Below, one piece after another: positions 41,886 through 50,296 of a stretch of 64,000 bases of DNA. Positions within the stretch are counted from its first letter, which is position 1. Every line of letters begins with the position of its first letter. The position numbers and the translations under genes were made by a program. The DNA is taken from the IMG/VR virus record IMGVR_UViG_3300050016_000310, one strand, 5' to 3'. The DNA is from a virus. The notes beneath the pieces were generated by a model that was not told the DNA's origin, made no database searches, and was given only the letters and a program-made list of their open reading frames with translations.

Positions 41886-41912
41886 GGCCCCCGGAGCAAT
41901 CCGGGGGCCTTT
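41886..41912 (+). terminator. Intrinsic terminator closing array 2
   Basis: GGCCCCCGGA-GCAA-TCCGGGGGCC followed by TTT. Confidence 0.75.
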
Positions 41913-41926
41913 AGTAAAAGCTTTCC

Positions 41927-42271
41927 ATGGCTACTACTCACGGTCTCATCGTCATGCTCAAGCAACCGGCAACCGTTACGGCCGATCTCGGCTTCCCTAT
42001 CGGCAGAATTCAGAAACTCCAGATCACCGCCTCTCTCGATGATGGCGGCCTTCTACGGGCGGTAGCGATCCAGCATGATCCTGACAAAAAGTCAGATCGA
42101 ATCCTTCATTTCATCGTACGAGAGATGGTCTTCACCGAAAAAGAACAAAAAGTTTGGGTGGACATAGACATAGAAGATGCTACCTCGATCCCCTACGGAT
42201 TTTACTGGGACGCCAAGAGAGGCAAAATTGACCGCTGTTATCCCCAGCCCGATTCCCAGAAGGTCACTTGA
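41927..42271 (+). CDS. Hypothetical protein (IPYGFYWD family; paralogue at 51405-51760)
   Basis: AIQHDPDKK...IPYGFYWDAKRG. Confidence 0.7.
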   Translation: MATTHGLIVMLKQPATVTADLGFPIGRIQKLQITASLDDGGLLRAVAIQHDPDKKSDRILHFIVREMVFTEKEQKVWVDIDIEDATSIPYGFYWDAKRGKIDRCYPQPDSQKVT

Positions 42272-42302
42272 CCTGAGCGGGCCGGTCAGATAGGCACGAA
42301 CC

Positions 42303-42944
42303 ATGGCAGATCTCCAGCTCCGCGAAGAAATCTCGTACCTCAAGCTCCAGCTCGACAAGACGGAGGGCCGCCTGCTTCTGCAAGCCGCCCACACCCACAC
42401 GCTCCGCGATGGGATCTATCAGATCGAGGCCGTCCTCCGCGACCGGAGCAGCCTAGTCCAAACCACCCTTGCCGTAGCAGAGAAGCTGCTGGCGCTCTCC
42501 CCCACCGACGACGAAACCGGCTTCATGACCCAGCTCCGGGAGACCGAGCTGGCGCTACATGCCGACCTCAAGGAAGCCCGGGTCCAGATCAACCGGCTCC
42601 AGGTCCAGCTGGATCTGCTCCAGGACCGCTGTCGCCAGGCCATTACGGCCCAACGGAACATGAAAGACCTGTCTGGGCCTGTCCATCGGATCGGCCTCGC
42701 CATTGCCAACCTGGGAGAGCCGGTGACCTCCACCGGGCTCCTGGCCACACAAAGCGTGGCCCGCGCGGGCGGGCTCATGAAGGCGGTAGAAATAGTCAAC
42801 TATCATGCTTCGCTCCCCAGCCGGAATGAAGCCTGGAAGGCCGCCTGCCGGGACATCGCCGTGAGCTGCGAGGCGACTGCCGGGCGGATCCTGCGCGGCG
42901 AATACGAAGAGCCCACGAGTGATGTGATGGGATCCCAGGACTAA
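42303..42944 (+). CDS. Coiled-coil hypothetical protein
   Basis: 213-aa Leu-rich helical ORF. Confidence 0.7.
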   Translation: MADLQLREEISYLKLQLDKTEGRLLLQAAHTHTLRDGIYQIEAVLRDRSSLVQTTLAVAEKLLALSPTDDETGFMTQLRETELALHADLKEARVQINRLQVQLDLLQDRCRQAITAQRNMKDLSGPVHRIGLAIANLGEPVTSTGLLATQSVARAGGLMKAVEIVNYHASLPSRNEAWKAACRDIAVSCEATAGRILRGEYEEPTSDVMGSQD

Positions 42945-42994
42945 GACACCCCGCACAATAAGCATAGCGTGGCGGTGCGCCCCATGGTATCGGA

Positions 42995-43575
42995 GGGGGC
43001 CCTCGGAGAGATGAAACCCAAAATGGTCTTGCACGCCTGATATGCATCGAAACCCAAAGAGCTGATGCGAGCCCTTGTTAACGTGACACCCCCGTCGTCG
43101 ATGCGAGCCTTAGAAATTTTGCCACCCGAATAAACCTGCGAGCCCTCGTATCCGTGAAACCCCTAAGTCTAGTGCAAGCCAGCTTGGGCGTTGAAACCCC
43201 TGACATTGCTGCAAGCCAAGTCCGTTTGAAACCCGAAGAGTGCATTCGAGCCCTGTATAGATTGGAACCCCTTGTGCCGTTGCGAGCCCAGGATGACGCG
43301 AAACCCCAAAGTATGGTGCGAGCCAGATTTCGAATCGAATCCCAAAAGTCGGTTGCGAGCCCCTGATGAAATGAAACCCAGACGTCTCCTGCAAGCCCCT
43401 CAGGATGTGGAACCCAAAATCATTATGCAAGCCTATGAGGCCATGAAAACCTAAACAACAACGCAAGCCTTCTCAATAGTGAAGCCCTGAAATATCGCCG
43501 CGAGCCAAAATCCTCCTGAAGCCCTTTTCATTTTTGCGAGCCTTAACAAGGCTGAATCCCTCCTTCTGTTTGCTG
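42995..43575 (+). repeat. TIGR-like array 3 (~16 units)
   Basis: Same dual repeats and ~36-nt period. Confidence 0.9.
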
Positions 43576-43607
43576 CCCTCCAGGAATCTCCTGGAGGGCT
43601 TATTTTT
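43575..43607 (+). terminator. Intrinsic terminator closing array 3
   Basis: GCCCTCCAGGA-ATC-TCCTGGAGGGC followed by TTATTTTT. Confidence 0.8.
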
Positions 43608-43612
43608 AGGGT

Positions 43613-43897
43613 ATGCGGTTCCCGACGGTTGAGCTAGTCCTCGCCTCCATGTACGAATTCAGACTCGTCGTCCAATATTCAAATGGGGAGCTGGAAGGCT
43701 TCGCCGGATCTAGCCTTTCCGAAAAAGGTGCCCACCAGGATGCTGAACGCAAGGCCCTGGACAAGATTGAAGAGCTTCAACGGTCCGGCAGATCCGGGCG
43801 GTTCCTCGGCCAAGCCGAGTACGAAAAACTCTCCCCCGAGAAGAAACAGGCGCTCAAGCAAGATTGGGAAATGTCTCTTCAAGGCAAAGGCGAATGA
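43613..43897 (+). CDS. Hypothetical protein with N-terminal FPTVELVLA motif
   Basis: 94 aa, ATGA-coupled. Confidence 0.65.
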   Translation: MRFPTVELVLASMYEFRLVVQYSNGELEGFAGSSLSEKGAHQDAERKALDKIEELQRSGRSGRFLGQAEYEKLSPEKKQALKQDWEMSLQGKGE

Positions 43898-44868
43898 ACC
43901 CTGTCAAGTATCCCCATCTTCACCGGGTCCTGGCCGCCGCCCCCCTAACAGGCTACAAAGTCATGCGCTACCAGCCCGTCCGGGGGCCTGGGGCGGGCGA
44001 TGCGGTGTCGGGCGCCGACTCCCGCATCAGCTTCAAACTCCAAAAGGGCGCCCGTGTCCAAATGCGGGACCCGGGGATCTGGATGAGCCTGAGCCGACAA
44101 TACGTGCTCGACCACTATTCAATCCACGACCAGAACGTACTCATCACGTTCGCGTTCAACCCGGCTGACGTGACCCACGGCAACCTGACGGACCGCGAGA
44201 CCGAGTTCACCGTCCCCTCCGCGATCATCAAAGACTTCGAGATCCTTCCGGCTGAAGACGACGCAGCTCAACCCGGCCGCCCCTTTGGTGCGCTCGCTCA
44301 AGTCCTCGCAGGAAAGCTCGACAGCTTCAACGTCTTCCGTGGCGTGAAGGACATCTATCTGAGCCAGGTCGATCCTCGCCATGTGGGTGATGGCTACTGG
44401 GGCCAGGGCACCTACTACGCTCTCTACAAAAGCGACGCGGAGGACTACGCGACCCAAGACATCACGGGCGAGATGGACCGGTGGGCCTTTGTCATCCAGT
44501 ACGCGTTCTCAGGATCCTGCAAAGAATTTGGCCAAGGCGAATTGCTGAACCTGGACAAAAATTATATGGGAGTGGATCTCCCGAAACGCTACCCACGCGA
44601 ATCGATTTTCGTACTGACCCAGGACGAAGATGGAATCAATCCGCCCGAGGGCGGAGAGCAAGTCCTCATCACCCAAAAAGCAAAGCCCACTCTCAAGGCC
44701 CAACAGTTCTGGGTCTACCTGGCAGAATCGGAGAACGCGGAGATCCTGGGCAAGATGTTCAAGCTGAAAATGGGGCCGCTCAATAGCGTAGGCCCGTTCA
44801 AGATGTCGATGGCCACCAAGATCGACAATGCTCTCAAGACTTTGGTCTACGCGCAGGTGGGCGAATGA
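43894..44868 (+). CDS. Putative two-domain ADP-ribosyltransferase-fold protein
   Basis: GIWMS...ETEFTV, and VFRG...GDGYWGQGTYYA...AEDYA; each domain preceded by a VLA motif. Confidence 0.55.
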   Translation: MNPVKYPHLHRVLAAAPLTGYKVMRYQPVRGPGAGDAVSGADSRISFKLQKGARVQMRDPGIWMSLSRQYVLDHYSIHDQNVLITFAFNPADVTHGNLTDRETEFTVPSAIIKDFEILPAEDDAAQPGRPFGALAQVLAGKLDSFNVFRGVKDIYLSQVDPRHVGDGYWGQGTYYALYKSDAEDYATQDITGEMDRWAFVIQYAFSGSCKEFGQGELLNLDKNYMGVDLPKRYPRESIFVLTQDEDGINPPEGGEQVLITQKAKPTLKAQQFWVYLAESENAEILGKMFKLKMGPLNSVGPFKMSMATKIDNALKTLVYAQVGE

Positions 44869-45623
44869 ATCCCCTTCACTACCCAGCGCTCGCCCGCGTG
44901 CTGGCCTCCTCTGTGCCGACCGAAAAGGAATTCTTCCAGATGGCTCGTCGGGGCAAGCTCCACCAGGACGCGGGCAAGCCCACGCCTGGCGAGACCCCCA
45001 CGAGCACGCCCCTTCAACTCGGCCGGTTGAACGGATACTCGATGGACGACATCGCCCACTTCTACGCGAAGCGCGGCGGCTTCCAACCCTTCACCTACCA
45101 AGAATTCCTGGCCGATCTTAAGGCCGCCCCTGGACCAGCTCTATCCGCCCTGCTAAGCAAGGACGATAAGGGTCTCATCAAAGTTTTGAAGATCCTCAAT
45201 CAGTATGGGGAGGCGCAGGGACTCACGCCTCAAATACTCAAGCAGCTTATGCCCTATCGTCCGGATCATCCGATCCAAGTGTTCCGAGGGTTGTCGTTCA
45301 CCGACGAGAAGGAAATGAAGCAGCTCATCGGGATCAGCCCCAAAGACATCGGACCCAAGACCCAGGTGCGGGGGAAGTTGGGAATCCACTGGACCACTTC
45401 GTACGACACCGCATCAGATTTCGCCATGCACCCGGATCGCCCCCTCCGCCTGATCGTAGAAGCGCTAGTCGCCCCGGCTCAAGTTTTAGTGGAGATGGAC
45501 CGATTACCTCCCGAGATCCTAGCCCAACTGGAATGGGTGAACGAAGAAGAAATCACCCTATTACCTGACGTAAAGGTCCAGGCCCGGGTGGTGGACTTCT
45601 CGGATCTTTCGGAGGCGCGATGA
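44865..45623 (+). CDS. Putative ADP-ribosyltransferase-fold protein
   Basis: VFRGL...GIHWTT...ASDFA...NEEEITL. Confidence 0.55.
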   Translation: MNPLHYPALARVLASSVPTEKEFFQMARRGKLHQDAGKPTPGETPTSTPLQLGRLNGYSMDDIAHFYAKRGGFQPFTYQEFLADLKAAPGPALSALLSKDDKGLIKVLKILNQYGEAQGLTPQILKQLMPYRPDHPIQVFRGLSFTDEKEMKQLIGISPKDIGPKTQVRGKLGIHWTTSYDTASDFAMHPDRPLRLIVEALVAPAQVLVEMDRLPPEILAQLEWVNEEEITLLPDVKVQARVVDFSDLSEAR

Positions 45624-46126
45624 ACCCCCTCCACTACCCAGCACTCGCGCAAGTCCTAGCAGCCTTCAAACCCTGGACGGTCGAACAGGTCTGGAAATCG
45701 GTTCCTTGGCAAGATAGTTATCACGATCTATACCCGGGCTACAGCAAGCCCGCTGACGACGAACACTTCGAATCCTACTACCCGGATGAAGCAGCGGCCC
45801 GCGAGGATGCGCTGGATATGATCGCTCGCTTCACCGATCTCCCCGATCCGATCCCGATCTTCCGAGTCATCCACGCCAAATCGGAAAAAGACATCAAGCT
45901 GGATCGGTTGGGCAACCACTGGGCGTGGGTCAAGAAATCCGCTCTGAGCTTTGCCTCCCACAATATCTCGGGCAAGCCCTGGTTTCTCCTCACCGCCGAA
46001 ATCCCAAAAGCCAAAGTCGATTGGCCTACCACGCTCCGGAAGCAGTTCCATTTCCCAGAGGAAAATGAAATTAACCTGGCCTCTTGGAACCAGCCAAAGC
46101 TGCTGGAGATCGAAAAGCTCAAATAG
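45620..46126 (+). CDS. Putative ADP-ribosyltransferase-fold protein
   Basis: IFRVI...LGNHWAW...EENEINL. Confidence 0.55.
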   Translation: MNPLHYPALAQVLAAFKPWTVEQVWKSVPWQDSYHDLYPGYSKPADDEHFESYYPDEAAAREDALDMIARFTDLPDPIPIFRVIHAKSEKDIKLDRLGNHWAWVKKSALSFASHNISGKPWFLLTAEIPKAKVDWPTTLRKQFHFPEENEINLASWNQPKLLEIEKLK

Positions 46127-46142
46127 TTGGTAAATCAATCTC

Positions 46143-46418
46143 ATGACCCTCTGGGACGGCATGATGGACTCGGTCAAGATCTTCGGAACCATCCTGGCCG
46201 TCTGGTGGGGCTCCCTGCTCTTTTTCAGAGCCCGCCGGATCCACCGAAACTGGCGATTCCGGCGTTACTGGAAACGCCTGCCCCAGGTCAATCCGAACGA
46301 CCCCGAGACCTTCCTGTCTCTCAAATCTGGCGAGATCTACGTGATCTGTGCCCCTGAACAGTTGGGGAAGATGACGGTCCGGCAGGATCTGACCTGTGGC
46401 CCCATTTCTCTGGATTGA
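46143..46418 (+). CDS. Small membrane protein
   Basis: One TM helix. Confidence 0.55.
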   Translation: MTLWDGMMDSVKIFGTILAVWWGSLLFFRARRIHRNWRFRRYWKRLPQVNPNDPETFLSLKSGEIYVICAPEQLGKMTVRQDLTCGPISLD

Positions 46419-46454
46419 TTTGACTCACCTGTCTATTTCTTGTACAGATCCGGC

Positions 46455-46766
46455 ATGACAGGCTTTGATAAACGATACCCCACAGTCGCCAAAACGCTCG
46501 TAGAAGCTATCTTTCCACCCCCTAAGGACGGCAAGGTATTTGCTACATTGCGTAAATACAAGGCTGTAGGGGGCCGTCAGGTATACTCAAATGGAGCTGG
46601 GCGTAAAATCGTACACTTCGTTTGGGATGCCCAACATGGGCATTGGGAAGTCTATACACGCCTCGGAGTAAACACTCATTCCATAAAAAACGATGGCAGC
46701 GTGGTGGACACTTTTGCAAAACGTGATGACAGGAAAAGGTTAATATTATATACCTGGACCCTTTGA
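46455..46766 (+). CDS. Hypothetical protein with RYPTVAKTL motif
   Basis: ATG at 46455; lower GC than flanks. Confidence 0.55.
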   Translation: MTGFDKRYPTVAKTLVEAIFPPPKDGKVFATLRKYKAVGGRQVYSNGAGRKIVHFVWDAQHGHWEVYTRLGVNTHSIKNDGSVVDTFAKRDDRKRLILYTWTL

Positions 46767-46810
46767 GTGTGCGGAAAATAGGCTAATAAATCTGTGCTAT
46801 AAGGAGTTTT

Positions 46811-47005
46811 ATGAAAGATGAGCGTAACCCCTGCACGGCAAATTACTGTTTTTGTTTTTTCGATAAGAAGAACAAACCCTGCTCACCCGAAGAAGTCGCG
46901 GCTATGGAAGATTCCGTTATGCGGATGAATAGGAATTTGGACATAACGCAAGAGCTTTGCCGCCAAGTGCGCGAGGCGGCAAAGAGATGGAAACCGTTGT
47001 GTTAA
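46811..47005 (+). CDS. Hypothetical small protein
   Basis: AAGGAG RBS. Confidence 0.55.
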   Translation: MKDERNPCTANYCFCFFDKKNKPCSPEEVAAMEDSVMRMNRNLDITQELCRQVREAAKRWKPLC

Positions 47006-47140
47006 GGCGAGACTCCCCTGAATTCAAATATATGATTGCTACCTACGCGATCATCTATGGGGGGTCATCTTTTAGCTACAACAGGTTAGCTGAAAACTAG
47101 GATTTTGAACGCACACTCAAAGGGTCCAGGTATTAATATT

Positions 47141-47392
47141 ATGAATAATTTTTATGATCCCCATAGGACCTTCCTGGATCTGGTGCAAGGTTACTCCGGA
47201 GATATGGAGGATGCCTGGAATTTATTTTCAGACGCCTGGTCTCTTGCTGTTTTGGCAAAGACCGAGGACCGAACTATCGCCCAAGCAATGGGGGTCACGC
47301 CGGATGAATCAGTCGCATTTTCCATAGGAGACCTCTCAATCCCTGCCCTACTCCAAAAGTATGGCAAGGCGGCAGCCTCCCTCTCTCACTAA
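47141..47392 (+). CDS. Hypothetical protein
   Basis: ATG at 47141. Confidence 0.5.
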   Translation: MNNFYDPHRTFLDLVQGYSGDMEDAWNLFSDAWSLAVLAKTEDRTIAQAMGVTPDESVAFSIGDLSIPALLQKYGKAAASLSH

Positions 47393-47746
47393 CAGTCCCT
47401 TTAGGAACCCCAGGCCCACCGCACGGAGCCTGGCGGTGGCGAAAAACCTCTCGTGTCACTCATCGTGGGGCTGCGGCCCTTGCGGGCGGACACTTCCGAT
47501 TTACGAGGCACCCAAAGTTAAGAGACCGTCAGGATTTAATACCTGACTCTAGCGGTAATATGACGTTCGCGACGGCTTTCTAACCCGCACCGGGCTTACC
47601 CTCCGGCTTACTTGCATCCCGTACTAACGTGCGATTTGGGGACACTTAGTGAAGATTTCTATCCCCCGACTCTACACCGAATCTGTGGCAATGCAACTGC
47701 ACAGCAGACCCTTGACGGACATGCCGCTACCCGTTACGGTCCCGAC

Positions 47747-47962
47747 ATGATCTCAAAATCTCCCGGGCGAACTGCCCATGAAGCCCACGTGAAGCGAGAA
47801 TGCGCCTACTCCGCCATTATGGTGCTGGGCCTCATGGCATTCTGGGTAGGACTCGGTTACGGATTCTTCCGCCATCCCTGGTGGACCTCCGGAGTCCTCG
47901 GCCTCCTGCTGGCGGTCACCGGAATACTATTTTCAATTCTCCTGAAAGGGTACGGCGGATGA
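47747..47962 (+). CDS. Small two-TM membrane protein
   Basis: Two hydrophobic segments. Confidence 0.55.
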   Translation: MISKSPGRTAHEAHVKRECAYSAIMVLGLMAFWVGLGYGFFRHPWWTSGVLGLLLAVTGILFSILLKGYGG

Positions 47963-48117
47963 AATGGCTCCGAACGATGCCCTGGGATGAAGTAGCGGTC
48001 AGCATGCTCCTATTCCTCCTGCGCGTCGGAGGCGGAACTTTCCTAGTCACCTATCTGACCCACGACAAAAAGCTCGCCATCGTAACTCTCGTGATCCTGA
48101 TAGTGACGGCCAAATGA
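47959..48117 (+). CDS. Small membrane protein
   Basis: ATGA-coupled on both sides. Confidence 0.55.
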   Translation: MKWLRTMPWDEVAVSMLLFLLRVGGGTFLVTYLTHDKKLAIVTLVILIVTAK

Positions 48118-48728
48118 CCCAACCGATCACACCTGAGCAAGCCGCCGCCAATACCCGTACGGCTCGAAATATCCAAAACCCCCGCGTGGTGGCCCGAATA
48201 TTCGAAGAGATCGAACGCAGCTCCCGCGCAGGCGATAGCTTTGTTGACGTCTGCCCGGAAGATTATACCGATCGAGATTGGATCGTCTCCCAAATAAAAC
48301 AGGCCGGTCAGGGCTACCGGGTCCGCCTCGGTTCCTGTTCCTGCCGCTTCGGCAGCTATCGGGTCGATTGGGATCTGCTCCCACCTGCCCCACACGATCC
48401 CAAGTTCGGATCCTATCCGATCGGATCCGATTGCGTCTCAGCCGGAGGATCGGGTGGAGGTCGTCCAGCTCCCCTCCCGGCTGCGCCCGGACGCCGATCC
48501 AAGCCCTCCCCTACCAAAACCCCTTCAGGAGGCTTCCCTCCTTCTACATTGGAAGAGAACATCCAGATAGCGGAAGAAAACCAAAAAGCTGGGATCCATC
48601 CCTACCCGATTCAACGCCGCCTCGCCTGGCCCTGGGCCGTCCTCCTCGCAGGATCCGCCAGTGCTGGATTCTTCGTCTTCCTAATCTGGGTCACACACTG
48701 GCTATTCTACCTCCGCAGCCAAGCATGA
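48114..48728 (+). CDS. Hypothetical protein with C-terminal TM helix
   Basis: 204 aa. Confidence 0.65.
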   Translation: MTQPITPEQAAANTRTARNIQNPRVVARIFEEIERSSRAGDSFVDVCPEDYTDRDWIVSQIKQAGQGYRVRLGSCSCRFGSYRVDWDLLPPAPHDPKFGSYPIGSDCVSAGGSGGGRPAPLPAAPGRRSKPSPTKTPSGGFPPSTLEENIQIAEENQKAGIHPYPIQRRLAWPWAVLLAGSASAGFFVFLIWVTHWLFYLRSQA

Positions 48729-48868
48729 AGCTCACATGGCATCTCCGCAGCTTACAAAACTATTACCCCGTAATAACTTCCCAATCTACTTTGTAAGAAA
48801 AAGTCCGAGTCGAACTCCGGTCAGGAGTCGTCACTTTCAAATTCCCAGCAAACCCTAGATCTTTCAAT

Positions 48869-49234
48869 TCACTGAGGAGGTAAAGGTTTCTCCTCCGGCG
48901 GCTTCGTCGCGAGACAGCCCAGACAAGTCACGACCCGAGCCTCCCCCCTCTCCTGCGGCTGACTCCATTCCCCGATCGCAGGCGCGCCCAGGTCCACCGC
49001 CCCACACGCGAACCTACTCGGCAACGGAATCTTTCCATCCGCATCCACCTCCAGCTTGTGGACCGGATCAATCGGATAACGCGGACTGGCCTGCCGGTCC
49101 TGCTCCATCGCCCGCTTCCCAGCCAGCACCAACAGATCAATGTATCGCCGCTGCTCCAACACTTTGTACTGGAGCCACTCGGCCGACTCCCAGTTGGCAG
49201 GCGAGATGTCGTCAGGTCTTTGTGGCGCGCTCAT
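48869..49234 (-). CDS. Hypothetical protein
   Basis: ATG at 49234 overlaps the upstream stop. Confidence 0.55.
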   Translation of the reverse strand: MSAPQRPDDISPANWESAEWLQYKVLEQRRYIDLLVLAGKRAMEQDRQASPRYPIDPVHKLEVDADGKIPLPSRFACGAVDLGAPAIGEWSQPQERGEARVVTCLGCLATKPPEEKPLPPQ

Positions 49235-49572
49235 ACGACCGACTCCTGAGTGTGAGGACAATCCAGCCCCCCGGGATGCCGCATGTCCTGGCAACCCTTG
49301 TTCCCTTCGCGGAGCTGCCGACAGGTCTCGCACTCGTGATTGGTCTTGGAGTTCTGCTTGCCACATTGGCAAACCCAGACGTTACGAGCCGGAGGTTCCC
49401 AGCAAACATTGGAGTCATGATCCTCACTCCCACACCACTTGCAAGGACCTAACTGGTTCCTTCGATGCTCCCGAAGCTCCTCGGAGAGAGCATCAATCTC
49501 CTTCCCGATTCGATCCAAACTTCCCAAGAGAGACTTGTAGAATAGGTCAAACGCTTTCAATTTGTTCTTCAT
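49231..49572 (-). CDS. Hypothetical zinc-finger protein
   Basis: CKWC...C, CQCG...CETC. Confidence 0.6.
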   Translation of the reverse strand: MKNKLKAFDLFYKSLLGSLDRIGKEIDALSEELREHRRNQLGPCKWCGSEDHDSNVCWEPPARNVWVCQCGKQNSKTNHECETCRQLREGNKGCQDMRHPGGLDCPHTQESVV

Positions 49573-49584
49573 GACGTCTCTCCC

Positions 49585-49959
49585 TCAAACCAACGGCTTC
49601 AGCTGATAGGTTCCGTCCGGCCGGAGTTGCAACTGAAAATTCCCCTTCACAAAGGACAACCCGCTCTCCCGGATAGCCTGAGCAATCAACTGAACCGTCT
49701 GATTCTTCCGGGTCGGCTCCCCATCAATAAACTTCAAAGCCTCCACCGAGATCACGTCGTAATCATCCGCCACCGCATGCGGAAGGAAGTCCTTCGAGTT
49801 GTTCGTCAGGATCGCCGTCCCCTCCGCCAACTCCCGGATCTCCTCATCTGCCATCCCCTTCTTCAAAACCAAAACCTTAAAGCCCGAATCTTTCAATCCG
49901 GCTTTCAATTGAAAGAGGTTCTCGTCCAACAGGATCGTAAGCTTCGAACGCAGGTCCAC
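49585..49959 (-). CDS. PIN-like (DUF5615/Mut7-C-type) domain protein
   Basis: ILLDENL...GMADEEI...ILTNNSKDF. Confidence 0.75.
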   Translation of the reverse strand: MDLRSKLTILLDENLFQLKAGLKDSGFKVLVLKKGMADEEIRELAEGTAILTNNSKDFLPHAVADDYDVISVEALKFIDGEPTRKNQTVQLIAQAIRESGLSFVKGNFQLQLRPDGTYQLKPLV

Positions 49960-50250
49960 TCAATCATCTCGTCGGCCATGGCCGTGGATCTCGTCGTTTT
50001 TCCCGACGCCCGGTGTCGCCGGTTTCGGGCCCGCAAGAGCGCGGTCGATCTCAGCGACGATATCGTGCGACATAAGACCCTCGCCGTTTTTGCGGCCCGG
50101 CGTGCCGTGCAGCACGCACAAGAAGTCATCGATAGCCGTCAGACGAATCGATTGCCTATCGTTTTGCGAGCGTAAATCAAGAATCTCTTCCCGAGCCCTT
50201 TTGAGAATTTCGGTTTGTTCCACGGTGAATGCCATGAGATCCCCTTTCAA
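49960..50250 (-). CDS. Hypothetical protein
   Basis: 96-aa ORF; start may be the internal ATG. Confidence 0.55.
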   Translation of the reverse strand: MKGDLMAFTVEQTEILKRAREEILDLRSQNDRQSIRLTAIDDFLCVLHGTPGRKNGEGLMSHDIVAEIDRALAGPKPATPGVGKNDEIHGHGRRDD

Positions 50251-50296
50251 ATTTGAGACGTAATTTTTCTCTTCCTTAAGTTGACCGCCATCGTCT

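Noticed and set aside
37543-43466. ORFs inside the arrays (e.g. 37796-38224, 40550-40777, 41178-41465, 41551-41772, 43110-43466)
   Set aside because: The recurring RA..KP pattern is just the translated 36-nt repeat; no RBS and inconsistent frames
37400-43575. CRISPR array interpretation
   Set aside because: Repeats are two alternating degenerate 8-9-mers with ~10-nt spacers, not identical 23-47-nt repeats with 30-40-nt spacers, and no cas genes are seen
37400-43575. Self-targeting of array spacers within the window
   Set aside because: Only a few spacer pairs were checked by eye with no contiguous match; an exhaustive search was not possible, so no claim is made
48800-48850. tRNA-like GTTCGACTC on the minus strand
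   Set aside because: No cloverleaf or acceptor stem can be built
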